A stretch of 64,000 nucleotides of DNA from a virus (Duplodnaviria > Caudoviricetes): IMG/VR virus record IMGVR_UViG_3300033233_001970. One strand, written 5' to 3'. The notes under the pieces are model-generated. The model saw only the letters and a list, made by a program, of their open reading frames with translations. It ran no database searches and was not told the DNA's origin. Position 1 is the stretch's first letter. Every line of letters starts with the position of its first letter. The position numbers and the translations under genes are program-made. Of the stretch, positions 1 through 9,877 are shown in pieces.

Positions 1-80
1 AAGAGAACCATCACCGTGAGCTACAAGATGCTTCTCGACGCGCGTGAAGCGGTCGGTATGTCGGCTGACGGAACCGAGGG

Positions 81-641
81 ATGAGCGGCCTGTACATCCC
101 GATGAACCGTCGGGATCTGCTTTTCGTGGACTGCGAGACTTCCGGCCTTGAACCGACTGTGCAAGAAATCCTCGAGCTCGCGGCCGTACGCGTGACACAT
201 GACTTCTCGCGCGAGGTCGGATCGTTTGAACGCAAATGTCGTATGCAGCATCCGGAGCTCGCAGAATCCAAGGCGCTCGAGATCAACAGATACAGCGCGG
301 AAGAGTGGAAGTACGCCGATCCTATTCTGCTCGCCCTGGTTGATTACACTGATCTCGTAGGCGACAACGAATGTATCGTCGTGGGACAGAATCCGTCTTT
401 TGATGTTGGTTTTCTCAAAGAGGCGTTCAAACGCGAGGGTATCCCGTATCCGAATACGAAATATCTACTGGACACGGCAAGCATTGCTTGGAGCCTATGT
501 GTTCGCGGTCACATCGATCGAATCAATCTCGAGACGATTTGCAAGGCGTATGACATCCCGAACGATGGTTCGCACCGCGCGATGGCAGACGTGCGCAGGA
601 CGATGGCGGCGTACAGGCATTTACTCGGACTAGCAGCGTAA
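81..641 (+). CDS. DnaQ/RNase T-like 3'-5' exonuclease (DEDDh)
   Basis: Motifs FVDCETSGL (ExoI), GQNPSFDVGFL (ExoII), HRAMADV (ExoIII). Confidence 0.9.
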   Translation: MSGLYIPMNRRDLLFVDCETSGLEPTVQEILELAAVRVTHDFSREVGSFERKCRMQHPELAESKALEINRYSAEEWKYADPILLALVDYTDLVGDNECIVVGQNPSFDVGFLKEAFKREGIPYPNTKYLLDTASIAWSLCVRGHIDRINLETICKAYDIPNDGSHRAMADVRRTMAAYRHLLGLAA

Positions 642-653
642 GGACATCTGAAA

Positions 654-935
654 ATGATCCTCATCCTCCGATGTGCCGATATCGAAAAGACACGGGCGTT
701 CTACGAACACCGTGGCTACGTCTTCACGAAAGAAAAACATGGAGACGGGCCCGATCACTACGCGTGGTCGAGGGACGATATCGTCGTCGAGCTCTATCCG
801 GCCGAAGACAAGGACGGGCGCCGAGCGGGTGAGACGACCATCATGCTGAATGTATCCGAGCCGCACTCGACGAAGCCTACGGTTTCGGTCGTTCGAGATC
901 CGGATGGTCGGCGCGTTCTTCAGAACCACGTGTAG
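654..935 (+). CDS. VOC/glyoxalase-like protein
   Basis: ILRCADIEKTRAFYE...EKHGDGPDHY...VVELYP...VVRDPDGRRV pattern. Confidence 0.75.
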   Translation: MILILRCADIEKTRAFYEHRGYVFTKEKHGDGPDHYAWSRDDIVVELYPAEDKDGRRAGETTIMLNVSEPHSTKPTVSVVRDPDGRRVLQNHV

Positions 936-938
936 CGA

Positions 939-1136
939 ATGAGAACGGGGTGTAAAGCGCGCGTTGCAGATCACACGGACACCGTGGACTGTGGTGATTC
1001 CGTTCTGCGCGCGGAACGATGTGCCGTGCATCTGCACGAAGAGGTGGACGATCTTCGGCGCGAGATTCATGAGCACGAAGAAGCTATCGTCAAATGCCGA
1101 TCGCGGCTCGCTCAACTTCAAACGGAATCGGGATGA
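939..1136 (+). CDS. hypothetical protein
   Basis: Short ORF with ATGA overlap into the next gene. Confidence 0.5.
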   Translation: MRTGCKARVADHTDTVDCGDSVLRAERCAVHLHEEVDDLRREIHEHEEAIVKCRSRLAQLQTESG

Positions 1137-2356
1137 CGCAAATGGCAGCGAAACTGTCCGACCTCGCCGTTTTTCGTAACGAGCACCTTAGCGTCTCAAG
1201 GTTGCGGCTTTACGAGCAATGCCCGCGCGCTTTTTACTTCCGGTACGTCAACAAAGGAGAGACCGCGCCGCGCGGTGAAGCCGCCGCGTTTGGTACCGCG
1301 CTACACGCCGCGCTCGAGCTCATCTATCAATGGATCATCCGCGAGGAATACTCCGGACTTTTCCCGATGGATCAGCTCGTCGAGTGTTATCGGCAGGCGT
1401 GGCAGGAGAGCAAGCTTACCGATGTAGCCATGTATCAAGAAGGGCTCCAGATCCTTCGCATGTACGCGCGCTCGCGCGGTCCGATTGATCATTTCAGCAT
1501 CCTTGCCACCGAGCAAGAATTCAACGTCGATGTCGATGGATTTGTAATGAATGGGTACATCGATCGTGTCGACAAGGTCGATGACGACGCTCTGAAGATT
1601 GTAGATTTCAAGTCGAACCGAAAGCTCTACTCAAGAAACGAGCTCGACAGCGATCTTCAGATGAGTGTGTACGGCATCGCCGCGCGCCATCTGTATCCGT
1701 GGGCCAAGCGTGTGACTTTTGAATTCCACATGCTGCGCTTCGATGTCATCCAAAAAACGGAGCGTACGTCTCAGCAGATCGATGACGCTCGCGGATACGT
1801 CGTGTCCCTCGGACGTCAGACCGAATCCGACACGACCTGGGAACCTCGGCTCAACGAAAACTGCGCGTACTGCGACCACAGGAGACGTTGCGACGCGTAC
1901 GCGAAGGCCGTCCAAGGAAAAGCCGACATCACGAAAGTGGTCGACCCGAACGACCTCACACAGATCGCCAAGGAGCGCGCCGAGGTCGCACGGCTCGCAA
2001 AAATGATGTACGCGCGCCAGAGGGAGCTTGACGATATTTTGAAAGCCAAGCTCAAAGAAGAGGGCGAGTACGACGTCGGCAGCTTCCATGTTCGTTACAT
2101 CAACTCGTTCGAGAGGTCGTACCCGATCGCGAGAACCATTCAGATTTTTGAACGGGTGGGTGTACCGCGCGAAGAAATCGAGAGACGGATTCTTACGGTT
2201 GACAAGGACGCTGTGAGTGATTTGCGTATCTCAGTCACGGAGAAACTCGAGCGCGGACCCGCGCTTCTTCTCAAAGCCGAGCTCGAGGCCGTCGAGGAAA
2301 AGACGCCAGGAACGCCAAGGCTCGACGTGCAGACGATCAGGGGGAACAAGAAATGA
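1133..2356 (+). CDS. PD-(D/E)XK nuclease, RecB/Cas4-like (PDDEXK_1)
   Basis: LSVSRLRLYEQCPRAFYFRY, GTALHAALE, GYIDRVD...IVDFKS, CAYCDHRRRC; start chosen at the ATGA overlap. Confidence 0.88.
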   Translation: MTQMAAKLSDLAVFRNEHLSVSRLRLYEQCPRAFYFRYVNKGETAPRGEAAAFGTALHAALELIYQWIIREEYSGLFPMDQLVECYRQAWQESKLTDVAMYQEGLQILRMYARSRGPIDHFSILATEQEFNVDVDGFVMNGYIDRVDKVDDDALKIVDFKSNRKLYSRNELDSDLQMSVYGIAARHLYPWAKRVTFEFHMLRFDVIQKTERTSQQIDDARGYVVSLGRQTESDTTWEPRLNENCAYCDHRRRCDAYAKAVQGKADITKVVDPNDLTQIAKERAEVARLAKMMYARQRELDDILKAKLKEEGEYDVGSFHVRYINSFERSYPIARTIQIFERVGVPREEIERRILTVDKDAVSDLRISVTEKLERGPALLLKAELEAVEEKTPGTPRLDVQTIRGNKK

Positions 2357-2574
2357 AGATCAAGTTGCATGGCAAGATTCGATCGATGAACGCATCCGAG
2401 CCTGATACAGACGGCCGCGTGCGTATCGAGCTGAGCGCCAATGGCCAAGTTTTTTCTGATAAGGCGTCTGGCAAGGAAGCCCACGTCGACATCGTTCTCT
2501 TCGTGAAGACGCTTTTCGCGGAACAGATCAAATTCGGTCAGCCGATGACGATCGAGCTCTCGACGGAGGAATAG
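2353..2574 (+). CDS. hypothetical protein
   Basis: ATGA-coupled ORF in operon. Confidence 0.6.
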   Translation: MKIKLHGKIRSMNASEPDTDGRVRIELSANGQVFSDKASGKEAHVDIVLFVKTLFAEQIKFGQPMTIELSTEE

Positions 2575-2576
2575 CC

Positions 2577-2774
2577 ATGCAGGAAGTTGCGCACATTCGA
2601 GAGAAGACCGCTCCTCCGAAAATGATCTACGTCCTCTTTTCCAAGAGCGGAAAAATCATTGGCACGTTTGGCGCGTGGCAGAGGGCGAGAGCAGCAGCGA
2701 TTCGGTGGAACCGCAAAGACAAGCTGTCCTCGCCGCACGTGGTGCAGGGCTACGTCCGATTCGACCGAGCATGA
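2577..2774 (+). CDS. hypothetical protein
   Basis: GGAGG RBS, operon packing. Confidence 0.5.
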   Translation: MQEVAHIREKTAPPKMIYVLFSKSGKIIGTFGAWQRARAAAIRWNRKDKLSSPHVVQGYVRFDRA

Positions 2775-2784
2775 GCGACGGACG

Positions 2785-3231
2785 ATGACCACCTGGGATG
2801 AAGCCGAAGAGGCGATGCTCGACGACGGCGAAGCTGCCGCGCCGGTAGAGGAAGAGGATCCTTTTCGGCAGACCGAGCCAGAGCCGCCCGTGCCCGCTCC
2901 CGCTCCCGCTCCTGTGCGTATGCCGTCGCTCGTTGTGGTCGAACATTTCGATTTCACTATGGTCGACATGAATGCCTCGGGCGCGAACCTTCGGGTACGG
3001 CAGATATCGCGCGGAGAGGCTCTGTCGCTGATGAGCAAGTACAACGCCGAGGTTCTGGCCCTGAACGTTCGTGGGCAGCTCTCGCTCGAACGTGAGCTCG
3101 GGATGGACGACTCGAGGGTGCCACGCATCGGCCCCGGCCGAAGCCTTCTTGTGATGACGTACATCAGATTTTCGGACGTGCGGTGGCACCTCGTCGAATA
3201 CGAATCCGACGGGGACGGGGTGATCGACTAG
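2785..3231 (+). CDS. hypothetical protein
   Basis: Acidic/Pro-rich N-terminus then globular domain; operon packing. Confidence 0.55.
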   Translation: MTTWDEAEEAMLDDGEAAAPVEEEDPFRQTEPEPPVPAPAPAPVRMPSLVVVEHFDFTMVDMNASGANLRVRQISRGEALSLMSKYNAEVLALNVRGQLSLERELGMDDSRVPRIGPGRSLLVMTYIRFSDVRWHLVEYESDGDGVID

Positions 3232-3243
3232 AAGGGGAAAACC

Positions 3244-3789
3244 ATGAGCAACATCGAACGCGTCATTCGGGCAACGCTTCCTGCCGTTCCGAAGACTAAT
3301 TACTTTTATCCTACGCCTGATCTGATGGATTTGACGAAGGAGGGTTGGGAAGTCGTCGAACGATTTGACGTTGACGAAGTAATTCAAACTTCAGAACAAG
3401 TTTTGTCTACAATGAATCAGAACGGGTACCAATCACCACCAACAACGGTGATGCATGAGCACATCGGCAAGCAGGCGTATTTTCGACTTCGCAAGGGCGG
3501 CGAGATCGTCATCGGCGAGCTCAGCGAAGAGATTTCGCGCCTAAAACTTCTTCACGAAAGCGATCTTCGTAAAATCGGCGAGCTCGATCAAGCGGCCAAG
3601 AAGCTCGAGACGGAGCTTACGAAAGTGCGTGCGAGCCTGGAGAGCAGCTACGAATCCAACGAAGTGATTCGCAGGCAGAAGGATCAGATAGAGCAGATCA
3701 AGCGTCAGCTCGAAGGCGACATCGGCAAGATTCGCGAGCACGTCGGAAAGAAAACGATGGGCGAGATCCTCGGCGATAGGAAGATTTAA
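3244..3789 (+). CDS. coiled-coil hypothetical protein
   Basis: AAGGGG RBS; heptad-rich C-terminal half. Confidence 0.65.
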   Translation: MSNIERVIRATLPAVPKTNYFYPTPDLMDLTKEGWEVVERFDVDEVIQTSEQVLSTMNQNGYQSPPTTVMHEHIGKQAYFRLRKGGEIVIGELSEEISRLKLLHESDLRKIGELDQAAKKLETELTKVRASLESSYESNEVIRRQKDQIEQIKRQLEGDIGKIREHVGKKTMGEILGDRKI

Positions 3790-4073
3790 GGGAGACACGG
3801 AGACACCCATGCAGAAGGGTTCCTCTGTCGAGATGAAACACCCATAGATCGATCAAACGTGTAATCCAACGCTTGGCATCATTCTGAGTGCGTGAGTATT
3901 GCGCCCCGCGATAGCCAACCGTCTCGCCATCGATTTGAATTGAAACCGAATAGCCCCAGGCCGTTTTGTGAGCAGACGCTCGTAGATGGCGCCCACGCAG
4001 GACGCCTTCCCGGTCGAAATCGAGACTGTCTTTGAACCACGGAGTTGTCCACTTGACGCCGTGCATTTGATCC

Positions 4074-4682
4074 TCAAGCCGCTCGACGTCGCAAACGTCG
4101 TGGGCGTCGCGCATGGCGCACAGGATGCTCAGGTGGCGAAGACCACGCTCTGCTGGACATCCGTTTCTCCACCGCACCGTACGCGAGCACGCCGGCCGCC
4201 CCGAGCGCCAGGCCGCCCACGACGAACAGAAGCGCCTTGCCCGTGGTCGACATGCCTACCGGCGTCGTACCGTACGCCCTCAAAACCGACTCGGCGAGCG
4301 CGACGCGTCGCGGCGTGTTGCACGTGCCGCATCGCTCGAATTTGTCCTGAAAGACGATGGTCGCGTCGGCGACGTTTGTGGTCGATCTGAGCGCCGCGAG
4401 GCCGTAGCTAGGAATGGTTGCGAGCTCTTGCCAAAGAAAATCAAGCTGGAGATCGAGCGACCAGACATCCCGTCCAGTTTGAGCGGCGTAAGCCTGCGCC
4501 TGGCTCCAACGTTGACCCAAACTCCATTGGCCGATCCCGCGTCCAGGGCCGGTCGCCTGCGCGGCCGTTGGATTCATCCCGGACTCTTGGTCGAGATTCC
4601 CGACGACGCCGGCAGCCTGAAAGTCCGTCAGCCCTTTGGAGACGAAGAAATCAAACGCGGTTCTGTCGTTGGGCGACGGCAT
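4074..4682 (-). CDS. phage tail-type lysozyme (Phage_lysozyme2-like) with C-terminal transmembrane segment
   Basis: FFVSKGLTDFQAAGVVGNLDQESG...GRGIGQW...QLDFLWQEL; hydrophobic ALLFVVGGLALGAAGVLAYGAV. Confidence 0.82.
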   Translation of the reverse strand: MPSPNDRTAFDFFVSKGLTDFQAAGVVGNLDQESGMNPTAAQATGPGRGIGQWSLGQRWSQAQAYAAQTGRDVWSLDLQLDFLWQELATIPSYGLAALRSTTNVADATIVFQDKFERCGTCNTPRRVALAESVLRAYGTTPVGMSTTGKALLFVVGGLALGAAGVLAYGAVEKRMSSRAWSSPPEHPVRHARRPRRLRRRAA

Positions 4683-4694
4683 ACGCGAAGACTA

Positions 4695-5618
4695 TCATGA
4701 TCGCGCGACGAAAACCGAATCGATGGCATCGCGAATCTGCTCCCATGAAAGAGAGCTTCCGAGTTTGCGAGGAGAGCCACCGATGATGTCGGAGCCGCCC
4801 CAGGCATCGATGTTGGTGTCCTCGCATTCGTTCAACGCTCTGTAGATTCGGTCGAGAGGAAAATCGATGTACCGCGACCGACGACCGACCGAATAAACGA
4901 ATCGACCATCTGGCCGTCGTGCGACGAGGCTCACGAACGCGTTCATGCCTTTTGAGAACATGACGTAACGAGCTTCGTTTCCTCCCACTTCATCCAAAAT
5001 CGCGTATCCGTGTGGCGACTCGTGAAGCACGGTGACGTCTTGACGAAGCTCACGTCGCCCAGCCTGTCCCATGAGCACCGCTTGGAGACGAGCGTGAATG
5101 GCTTCGACGCAATTGCGCATACACGTTTCGTCCGCCACTGCGAGCGATCCGCTCGTACGGAGCTCGGCGTAGGGCTCGAACGCCCAGGAATGCATCGCAA
5201 GCACCTCGTCATCGAGACGCATCGGGTATGCGCCGCCCGTGATGTCGAGGCGATCGTTGAGCGTGAGAAGACGATTGATGTGTGGATGGCTTTGTACGTT
5301 GTCGAAGAGGCTGTGATTTTTGAGGAGCCAGGTTGCAAGGGACGTGTCTTGGTCGGGATCGTTGATCCACACGGTTGCTTCGCCGCCCAATCGATTCATG
5401 AGCCCGCCTTTGATGGCGAACATGACCTGCATGGCGGTCGACATGGTGGCTTCGCGCACCACGCCGTCGTGATGATCGAAATTGGCGTAGAGTGTTCGCT
5501 CGTCCCAACGAGGCCCGCCGGTTACGAAACCGTCGAGCGCGATGCTTTTTGGCGGTGCCGTCTTGAGAAACTCGGGCCACGATAGGGCTTCGCGTGGACG
5601 GATGATGAGTTTGATCAT
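4695..5618 (-). CDS. putative DHH-like phosphoesterase
   Basis: ALDG, NFDHH, INDPDQD motifs; C-terminal WGG...IGGSPR. Confidence 0.5.
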   Translation of the reverse strand: MIKLIIRPREALSWPEFLKTAPPKSIALDGFVTGGPRWDERTLYANFDHHDGVVREATMSTAMQVMFAIKGGLMNRLGGEATVWINDPDQDTSLATWLLKNHSLFDNVQSHPHINRLLTLNDRLDITGGAYPMRLDDEVLAMHSWAFEPYAELRTSGSLAVADETCMRNCVEAIHARLQAVLMGQAGRRELRQDVTVLHESPHGYAILDEVGGNEARYVMFSKGMNAFVSLVARRPDGRFVYSVGRRSRYIDFPLDRIYRALNECEDTNIDAWGGSDIIGGSPRKLGSSLSWEQIRDAIDSVFVARS

Positions 5619-5823
5619 GATTGAAAACAATCGCAATCTGTTTTGCAGTGTTCGATAGGGCTGTTCAGCCGTATGTTTTCTGCTTTGTCGCGTGAAGCAC
5701 ATATGCGAGTGTGCCCGCCATCCGAAAAACTCCAGCCATCTGGGAGCACCACGTCCCATCCGCTAAATGATCCGCGTTCGACGGTTGCGGCGAGTCGTGC
5801 GGCGTAGCTGCTCATAATCCTGT

Positions 5824-6981
5824 TCATGACAAATGACCCAGTGCAGCGAAGACCATTCCCATCATCGACCAGTCTGTCATCGGACTCCTGAGCAAATCCG
5901 CGACGCGAACGATCTCGATGTACGTACGCTCGGTATCGCTTTCGACGCCGCGAACCTTTCCGGATGCCGCGTCCTTGCGCAGTTGAACCATTTCGTCGCA
6001 CGTGAGCTCGGCCGCGAGAAGTGTTCCACTGAAGGACGAAAGCGTTCCGGCGAGCTGACGTGTGCCGATTTCTCGGAGGCGAGATGGACGAAGCAGGAGA
6101 CCGACTTCTTCGTAAACCTCTTCGACGGCGGTCTGAAACGCAGGCTTCGAAGATTTGGAGGAGCCTCCAGGGAGCTCGTGAATGAATCCGTCCGGCGTCC
6201 GCGCGGGCGATCGGAATTCTTTGATGAGTACGATCTCGGTATCGAGAAAGCTGGCTCCGGGATGCCATAAAAGAACAGTTGCGATATCGGTTCGGCCGAA
6301 CACGAATTCGTTCTTCTTGTTTCGGTTCTCGGATTTCACAAATACGTCAACGTGAGCGACCCATGAAAATACGAAATTTTTCTGTGGGCCGACACGAAAC
6401 GTCCAGCAAATTCTTGCGCCGTCAAGACGGTTGCCGGCATCTTGCTGAGCTCGGTACCACGCCTGAAACGACTCGAGCTTCCAGATGAAAAGCGGAACTT
6501 GGCATTCGCCGCCGACACGTCGAGCTCCTGGCTGTACGCGTTCGACGGCGGCTCGCAAGGTGTCACGAAGATTTCTGAATGACGGGACGCCAAACTTGGC
6601 AGCGTAAGCTTCCTGGTAGCGAACACTTTGGGCTTCGTTCGGCGCGCCGAACACGACCTTGCCGGAATTTTTCCACGCACCCCATTCGTCGTTGGTCGTG
6701 AGCGCCGGCATTTTCGACATCTCGCGCGGCACCCAGAAGACGATGCAGTCGGCGCGGTGAAGACCCTCTTCTTCCCATCCGATCTGATCGTTGTAGTCGC
6801 CTTTGTAATCTCCCGTTCGATCCTCGGGAACGAAGATGTGACCCTTGAAATCCATTTCCTGGAACAGACGAATGGCTTCCGATCGCCAGCTCGGAAATTT
6901 ATCGCGTGGCGTCGGGCCGGCAAGAAAGATGGTGGACTCGACGTCGCTAGGGAACGGCTCACGCGCGTAGATGATGTTCAT
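5824..6981 (-). CDS. nucleoside 2-deoxyribosyltransferase-like domain fused to NUDIX hydrolase
   Basis: IFLAGPTPR...WEEEGLHRADCIVFWVPR...TTNDEWG; NUDIX box ELPGG...AVEEVYEEVGL. Confidence 0.82.
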   Translation of the reverse strand: MNIIYAREPFPSDVESTIFLAGPTPRDKFPSWRSEAIRLFQEMDFKGHIFVPEDRTGDYKGDYNDQIGWEEEGLHRADCIVFWVPREMSKMPALTTNDEWGAWKNSGKVVFGAPNEAQSVRYQEAYAAKFGVPSFRNLRDTLRAAVERVQPGARRVGGECQVPLFIWKLESFQAWYRAQQDAGNRLDGARICWTFRVGPQKNFVFSWVAHVDVFVKSENRNKKNEFVFGRTDIATVLLWHPGASFLDTEIVLIKEFRSPARTPDGFIHELPGGSSKSSKPAFQTAVEEVYEEVGLLLRPSRLREIGTRQLAGTLSSFSGTLLAAELTCDEMVQLRKDAASGKVRGVESDTERTYIEIVRVADLLRSPMTDWSMMGMVFAALGHLS

Positions 6982-7289
6982 TTCTTTTCACTGTCGGATC
7001 GGACATAGGTTCGACTGCGTTTGAACGCCGGAAGATCTTTGACGCTGCACCCGAGGTGCGAGGCGATCTTTTTTCGAATGTTTTTGTCAGCAAGATGGTT
7101 CGCGAGCGTACCGTCGACCCATTTGCTGTCCTTGTCATGCAGGCTCAAATACTCATGTCGCTGATCGCCGTCTTGACAGGCCAGCATGCCGCTGTGGTAG
7201 CCCTGGACGCCTACCGATTTCATCCCGTATGGCCAGGCGCCCAAAATACGACACGTTTGCCGGATCGAATGACGACCTTTCGAGCGCAA
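6978..7289 (-). CDS. hypothetical protein
   Basis: ATGA overlap with downstream gene. Confidence 0.45.
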   Translation of the reverse strand: MRSKGRHSIRQTCRILGAWPYGMKSVGVQGYHSGMLACQDGDQRHEYLSLHDKDSKWVDGTLANHLADKNIRKKIASHLGCSVKDLPAFKRSRTYVRSDSEKK

Positions 7290-7365
7290 CCCCAGTCACT
7301 TCCGTCCCCGTAGCGCGGAAGAGTTTCAGTTGGCCGTTCTTCCCAGATCATGATTTGCGCCCTTC

Positions 7366-7902
7366 TTATTTGATCTCGTGTGAAACGATCTCCGTGCGCT
7401 CCTCGACGAGACGGAAACCGAGGATCTTGGGCCGCTCTTCGTATTTCTTGATGGGCGCCAGCATTTCGAACTTTTTCGCGCGTTCGACGAGTATCTGAAG
7501 CTCGTTGTCCGTAGGTTTTCGACTGAGGAAGATCGCAACGGAGTTGTAGGCTGCGTACTTTGCTTTTTCGCCAGGTTCGAGTTCAGTGACGGCGCCGTGC
7601 CCGTCATTCGAGTACCCAGGCGTTGGCGCGAGGGCCATGGGCGCTCGGCCGATGGCGTCGTCGCCGTGATCGTCGACGCGATCTTCGACGAGCTCCTCGA
7701 ACGGATCCTCTGTACCAGAGTCGCCGATTTTGAAGTCCGTTTTGTACATCTTTTGGTACGGACCGCCACGATGATCTCCATGCTCGTCGCACCGACCGAC
7801 GATGAAGCTACTCATCTCGCGTTCGAAGTTGCCGGCGTACGAGTCTGTGTCGATGACGAACGTCCATTTGGGCTCTGTTCGGCCCCAATCCCAGAGTGCC
7901 AT
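7366..7902 (-). CDS. hypothetical phage protein
   Basis: AGGAG RBS; FVIDTDSYAGNFEREM motif; plausible composition. Confidence 0.7.
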   Translation of the reverse strand: MALWDWGRTEPKWTFVIDTDSYAGNFEREMSSFIVGRCDEHGDHRGGPYQKMYKTDFKIGDSGTEDPFEELVEDRVDDHGDDAIGRAPMALAPTPGYSNDGHGAVTELEPGEKAKYAAYNSVAIFLSRKPTDNELQILVERAKKFEMLAPIKKYEERPKILGFRLVEERTEIVSHEIK

Positions 7903-7930
7903 TCTGTTCTCCTATTCGTTGACGAGCACC

Positions 7931-8206
7931 TCAAGTGCGGCTCCCTCGTTTCCGGTATGCATCGCGAAAATGTTTTTTCGAAGGCGGGTTCAGTGTGACT
8001 TCGTAGAGAACGTCGCTGATGTCGCCTTGGAATTGGTTACGCACCTCGGCTCGAACGAACCCGAGCCGTTCCACAGCCTGGTCGGCAATGAACGTCGATA
8101 CGTCGAACGAATTTCGTGTCCATCGTCGAACGGGAGCGCCGCTAACGTCGGTTGCGTCGATACGGAATTCGTCTGTGGTGTCACCACCCAAATTGTCGAT
8201 GTTCAT
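7931..8206 (-). CDS. hypothetical protein
   Basis: Operon packing. Confidence 0.5.
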   Translation of the reverse strand: MNIDNLGGDTTDEFRIDATDVSGAPVRRWTRNSFDVSTFIADQAVERLGFVRAEVRNQFQGDISDVLYEVTLNPPSKKHFRDAYRKRGSRT

Positions 8207-8209
8207 GGC

Positions 8210-8527
8210 TCACCCCCATCGATGATGCGGTATGCGACCTTGTTCGATATTGCCTGCTGCGGCATCGTTGAGGATGGTCGCAACGAGCGCGAAGAGATCC
8301 GAATCGGATCGGCTCCACCTATGGAAAAACTGTTCCTGCGTAATGCGATCCTTATCGGAAAGCCCCATTTTTGTAAGTTCTTCGCGGAGCCAAAAGCCGA
8401 GGCATACGACGTTCTTCGTGCGCGCGTCTGTTGTCCAGCCTTCCGGTCGACCAATCTTCCAAGGAGCGAAAAGACGTTCCTCGTTGGCGGAGACGGACGC
8501 GCGGACAGAATCAGCCGTGTACGTCAT
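8210..8527 (-). CDS. hypothetical protein
   Basis: Operon packing. Confidence 0.6.
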   Translation of the reverse strand: MTYTADSVRASVSANEERLFAPWKIGRPEGWTTDARTKNVVCLGFWLREELTKMGLSDKDRITQEQFFHRWSRSDSDLFALVATILNDAAAGNIEQGRIPHHRWG

Positions 8528-8602
8528 TGCACGATTTTGACGATGACGGCGAAGTAGCTCATGTCGACTCTTTTTTCCGGATTGAAGAGCTGGGCGAATT
8601 GC

Positions 8603-8968
8603 TCACGACAGCCTCGGCCGGAATGCGTCGCGAACCTCCCGAGCCGCAGCAACGATCGTCGCGTATTGCGAGGTCGTGACCGACGTAGCCACACGGAGCA
8701 AGTCGGTGATCGACTCGAATACGTCACCGGCAGCGCGCTTCGTTGCTGCCTCGTCGCCGGTTCTCATGAGCGCGGTGAGCCCGGCGTCGATGTCGGCGAG
8801 CGCCTTCGTGACGCCGCCTCGCGTTCGCTGCTCGACGAACTGCCGCTTGATGAGGTCGGCTGCGCGCGTCTCGCCTTTTTCCGTCAACGTGATCCGACCA
8901 TCGGCCGAGCGCTCAGCGAGCCCGTTCGCGATCATCTCTTCCAACGCCGCTTTTGCTTCGTCGCTCAT
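8603..8968 (-). CDS. hypothetical protein, possible winged-helix N-terminus
   Basis: ALEEMIANGLAERSADGRITLTEKG; ATGA overlap. Confidence 0.55.
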   Translation of the reverse strand: MSDEAKAALEEMIANGLAERSADGRITLTEKGETRAADLIKRQFVEQRTRGGVTKALADIDAGLTALMRTGDEAATKRAAGDVFESITDLLRVATSVTTSQYATIVAAAREVRDAFRPRLS

Positions 8969-9209
8969 CGCGGTTTCTCTTCGGACGCCGAAGTTGCTGG
9001 CCGTTGCCCGAGCGCCTCGGATGCATGGCCGCGAAGCACACGGACGGCGAGACCATAGTGAGAGCAATACGCCGTCGTACGCTCGTCCGCGATCTTCGCC
9101 AACACCTCGCGAAGCCGCGCGTTCTCTGCTTCGAGGCGAGCAACAAGCACGTCGGGACTGAAGAGGCGATCGTTTTTGCAATACGGACAATCCGCTAGGT
9201 GGCATGCGC

Positions 9210-9875
9210 TCATGTTTTTCTCTCGGTCTTGTATTCTTCGATGACGATGTTCGCGATGACCATGGCGTCACGCTCGTCCCCGCTTTTCTTGTACGAGTCG
9301 AGCATCTTTTTCGTGAACGTCGCCGTGAGTACCACGAGCTCGGGCTTGTTTTCCGGATTCTTGGCCGCTTTCACCATCTCGACGTAACCTTCGTGCGTCG
9401 TGACGACGTTGTTCGTCACCAGCAGAAGGCCGATGTCGCTGTGCTCCTCGCCTCGCCAGGTGACTTCGCCATTCAGCGTGTAGCCCCAGGGCTTCAGGAA
9501 GTTGTCGATGAGGTATTCGAGCCACTCGGTGTAGCAATAGAATTTCTCGGCGCCGTTCCATTCGAGACTCGAAAAATCGTCCGTCGGCACCCATTGGCAC
9601 CAAAGGCCAGGCTGATCTGAAGGCGAGTTGTTGAAATCGAGAATGGATTCGTCCCGTTCTTGTCCGGCCCATCCGCCTCCGTTGACAAAGAAACCACCGT
9701 CCTTACCGATGGGCAGCTTGGCGGATTTCCGGATCGGGTCCTCGAACTGTTCGGCAGCGGCAGCGTTACGCTTCATCCTGCGCGTTTCGCTGAACTTCCT
9801 GAGATAGGCCGAGTGTTCTGGCTCGAGCTTCCTGTCCAGATTGAAATGACCACTGAACGTCGTCGTGTAACCCAT
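9210..9875 (-). CDS. conserved phage protein (MGYTTTF... family)
   Basis: Own GGAG RBS; QPGLWCQW...WNGAEKFYCYTEWLEYLIDNFLKPWGYTLNGEVTWRGEE. Confidence 0.75.
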   Translation of the reverse strand: MGYTTTFSGHFNLDRKLEPEHSAYLRKFSETRRMKRNAAAAEQFEDPIRKSAKLPIGKDGGFFVNGGGWAGQERDESILDFNNSPSDQPGLWCQWVPTDDFSSLEWNGAEKFYCYTEWLEYLIDNFLKPWGYTLNGEVTWRGEEHSDIGLLLVTNNVVTTHEGYVEMVKAAKNPENKPELVVLTATFTKKMLDSYKKSGDERDAMVIANIVIEEYKTERKT

Positions 9876-9877
9876 GA

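Noticed and set aside
1133-2356. Cas4 belonging to the CRISPR locus
   Set aside because: It is ~57 kb from the array, has no cas1/cas2 nearby, and such nucleases are common stand-alone phage genes.
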